Source: Lama glama (lineage: Eukaryota). From it: 64,000 bases of DNA. Position 1 is the first letter of the stretch. Every line of letters begins with the position of its first letter. Below, one piece after another: positions 63,601-64,000 of the stretch. The stretch is taken from contig CM052816.1 in the NCBI GenBank assembly GCA_028534125.1, positions 90,770,001-90,834,000 on the forward strand, written 5' to 3'. A model generated the notes under the pieces. The model searched no databases. It saw nothing but the letters and a program-made list of their open reading frames with translations, and was not told the origin of the DNA. The translations under genes were made by a program, and so were the position numbers.

Positions 63601-64000
63601 CCAACTGAGTTTGTTTATTCATGGCCCGCCTTGGATTTTTATGACTTCTCTTGTGTAAATTGTGTGCGCACTTCTGGGAAATTTGTTTTCTCAGCATTTA
63701 GAGGTAAGCTTTTAAAAAGTTCACTTCAGGAGGAACCTAAGTTTAGGTACGTCTGTAACCAGAAGCAATTTTTAAAACTGAAAAGGCTCAGCCAGGAAAG
63801 TAGCAAGACTACTGTGCAAACGTGTGGTTGGCGTTTTGAAGGGGCCGCTGTTTCCAAGTCCTCAGGGCTAAGCACAGTGCCCTGAATACTGGAGGGGCCG
63901 GTCGGTGCCAGCTGAACACACAAATGAACTTGACTTTTCTGTCTTCTGTTTAAGGAACAGGAGTGGCCTAATGGCCGTTCAAGCAAAAGATCTTTTGAGG
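60665..64000 (+). other. MYO10: MYO10 intron 1 (5' part, continues beyond window)
   Basis: Starts at the GTGAGT donor; no exon encoding GTRVWLRE-like sequence found downstream. Confidence 0.8.
63214..63401 (+). mobile_element. MER20 (hAT-Charlie)
   Basis: CAGGGTTTCTCAA...CCCTGGCCTCTACCCAGTAGATGC...GAGAACCACTG. Confidence 0.85.

Overview
Mammalian genomic DNA, most likely camelid (alpaca/camel), inferred from four tRNA-Ala-derived Vic-1-type SINEs; I saw no Alu or BovB/Bov-A elements. Positions 1 to ~59.6 kb are repeat-rich intergenic DNA: L1, L2, MIR, MaLR/ERVL and ERV1-like solo LTRs, hAT/Tigger fossils, microsatellites and one 500-N gap. At ~59.6-61.1 kb there is a CpG-island promoter rich in GC boxes. 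It contains the first coding exon of MYO10 (myosin X; ATG GAC AAC TTC TTC CCC GAG | GTGAGT = MDNFFPE, + strand), and intron 1 runs to the window end. No other protein-coding gene is supported; the ORF track is essentially repeat- or GC-derived noise. I cannot support a new multi-gene system. The best leads are: a MYO10 leader with four uORFs, one in strong context and in frame with MYO10, separated from it by a single TGA-C; a recent duplication with a multi-step template-switch signature at ~10.2-10.4 kb; several nested TE stacks with readable TSDs; and a possible ancient retrocopy at ~52.7-53.9 kb. Repeat family names are recalled from consensus sequences, not from a search, and most repeat boundaries are approximate.
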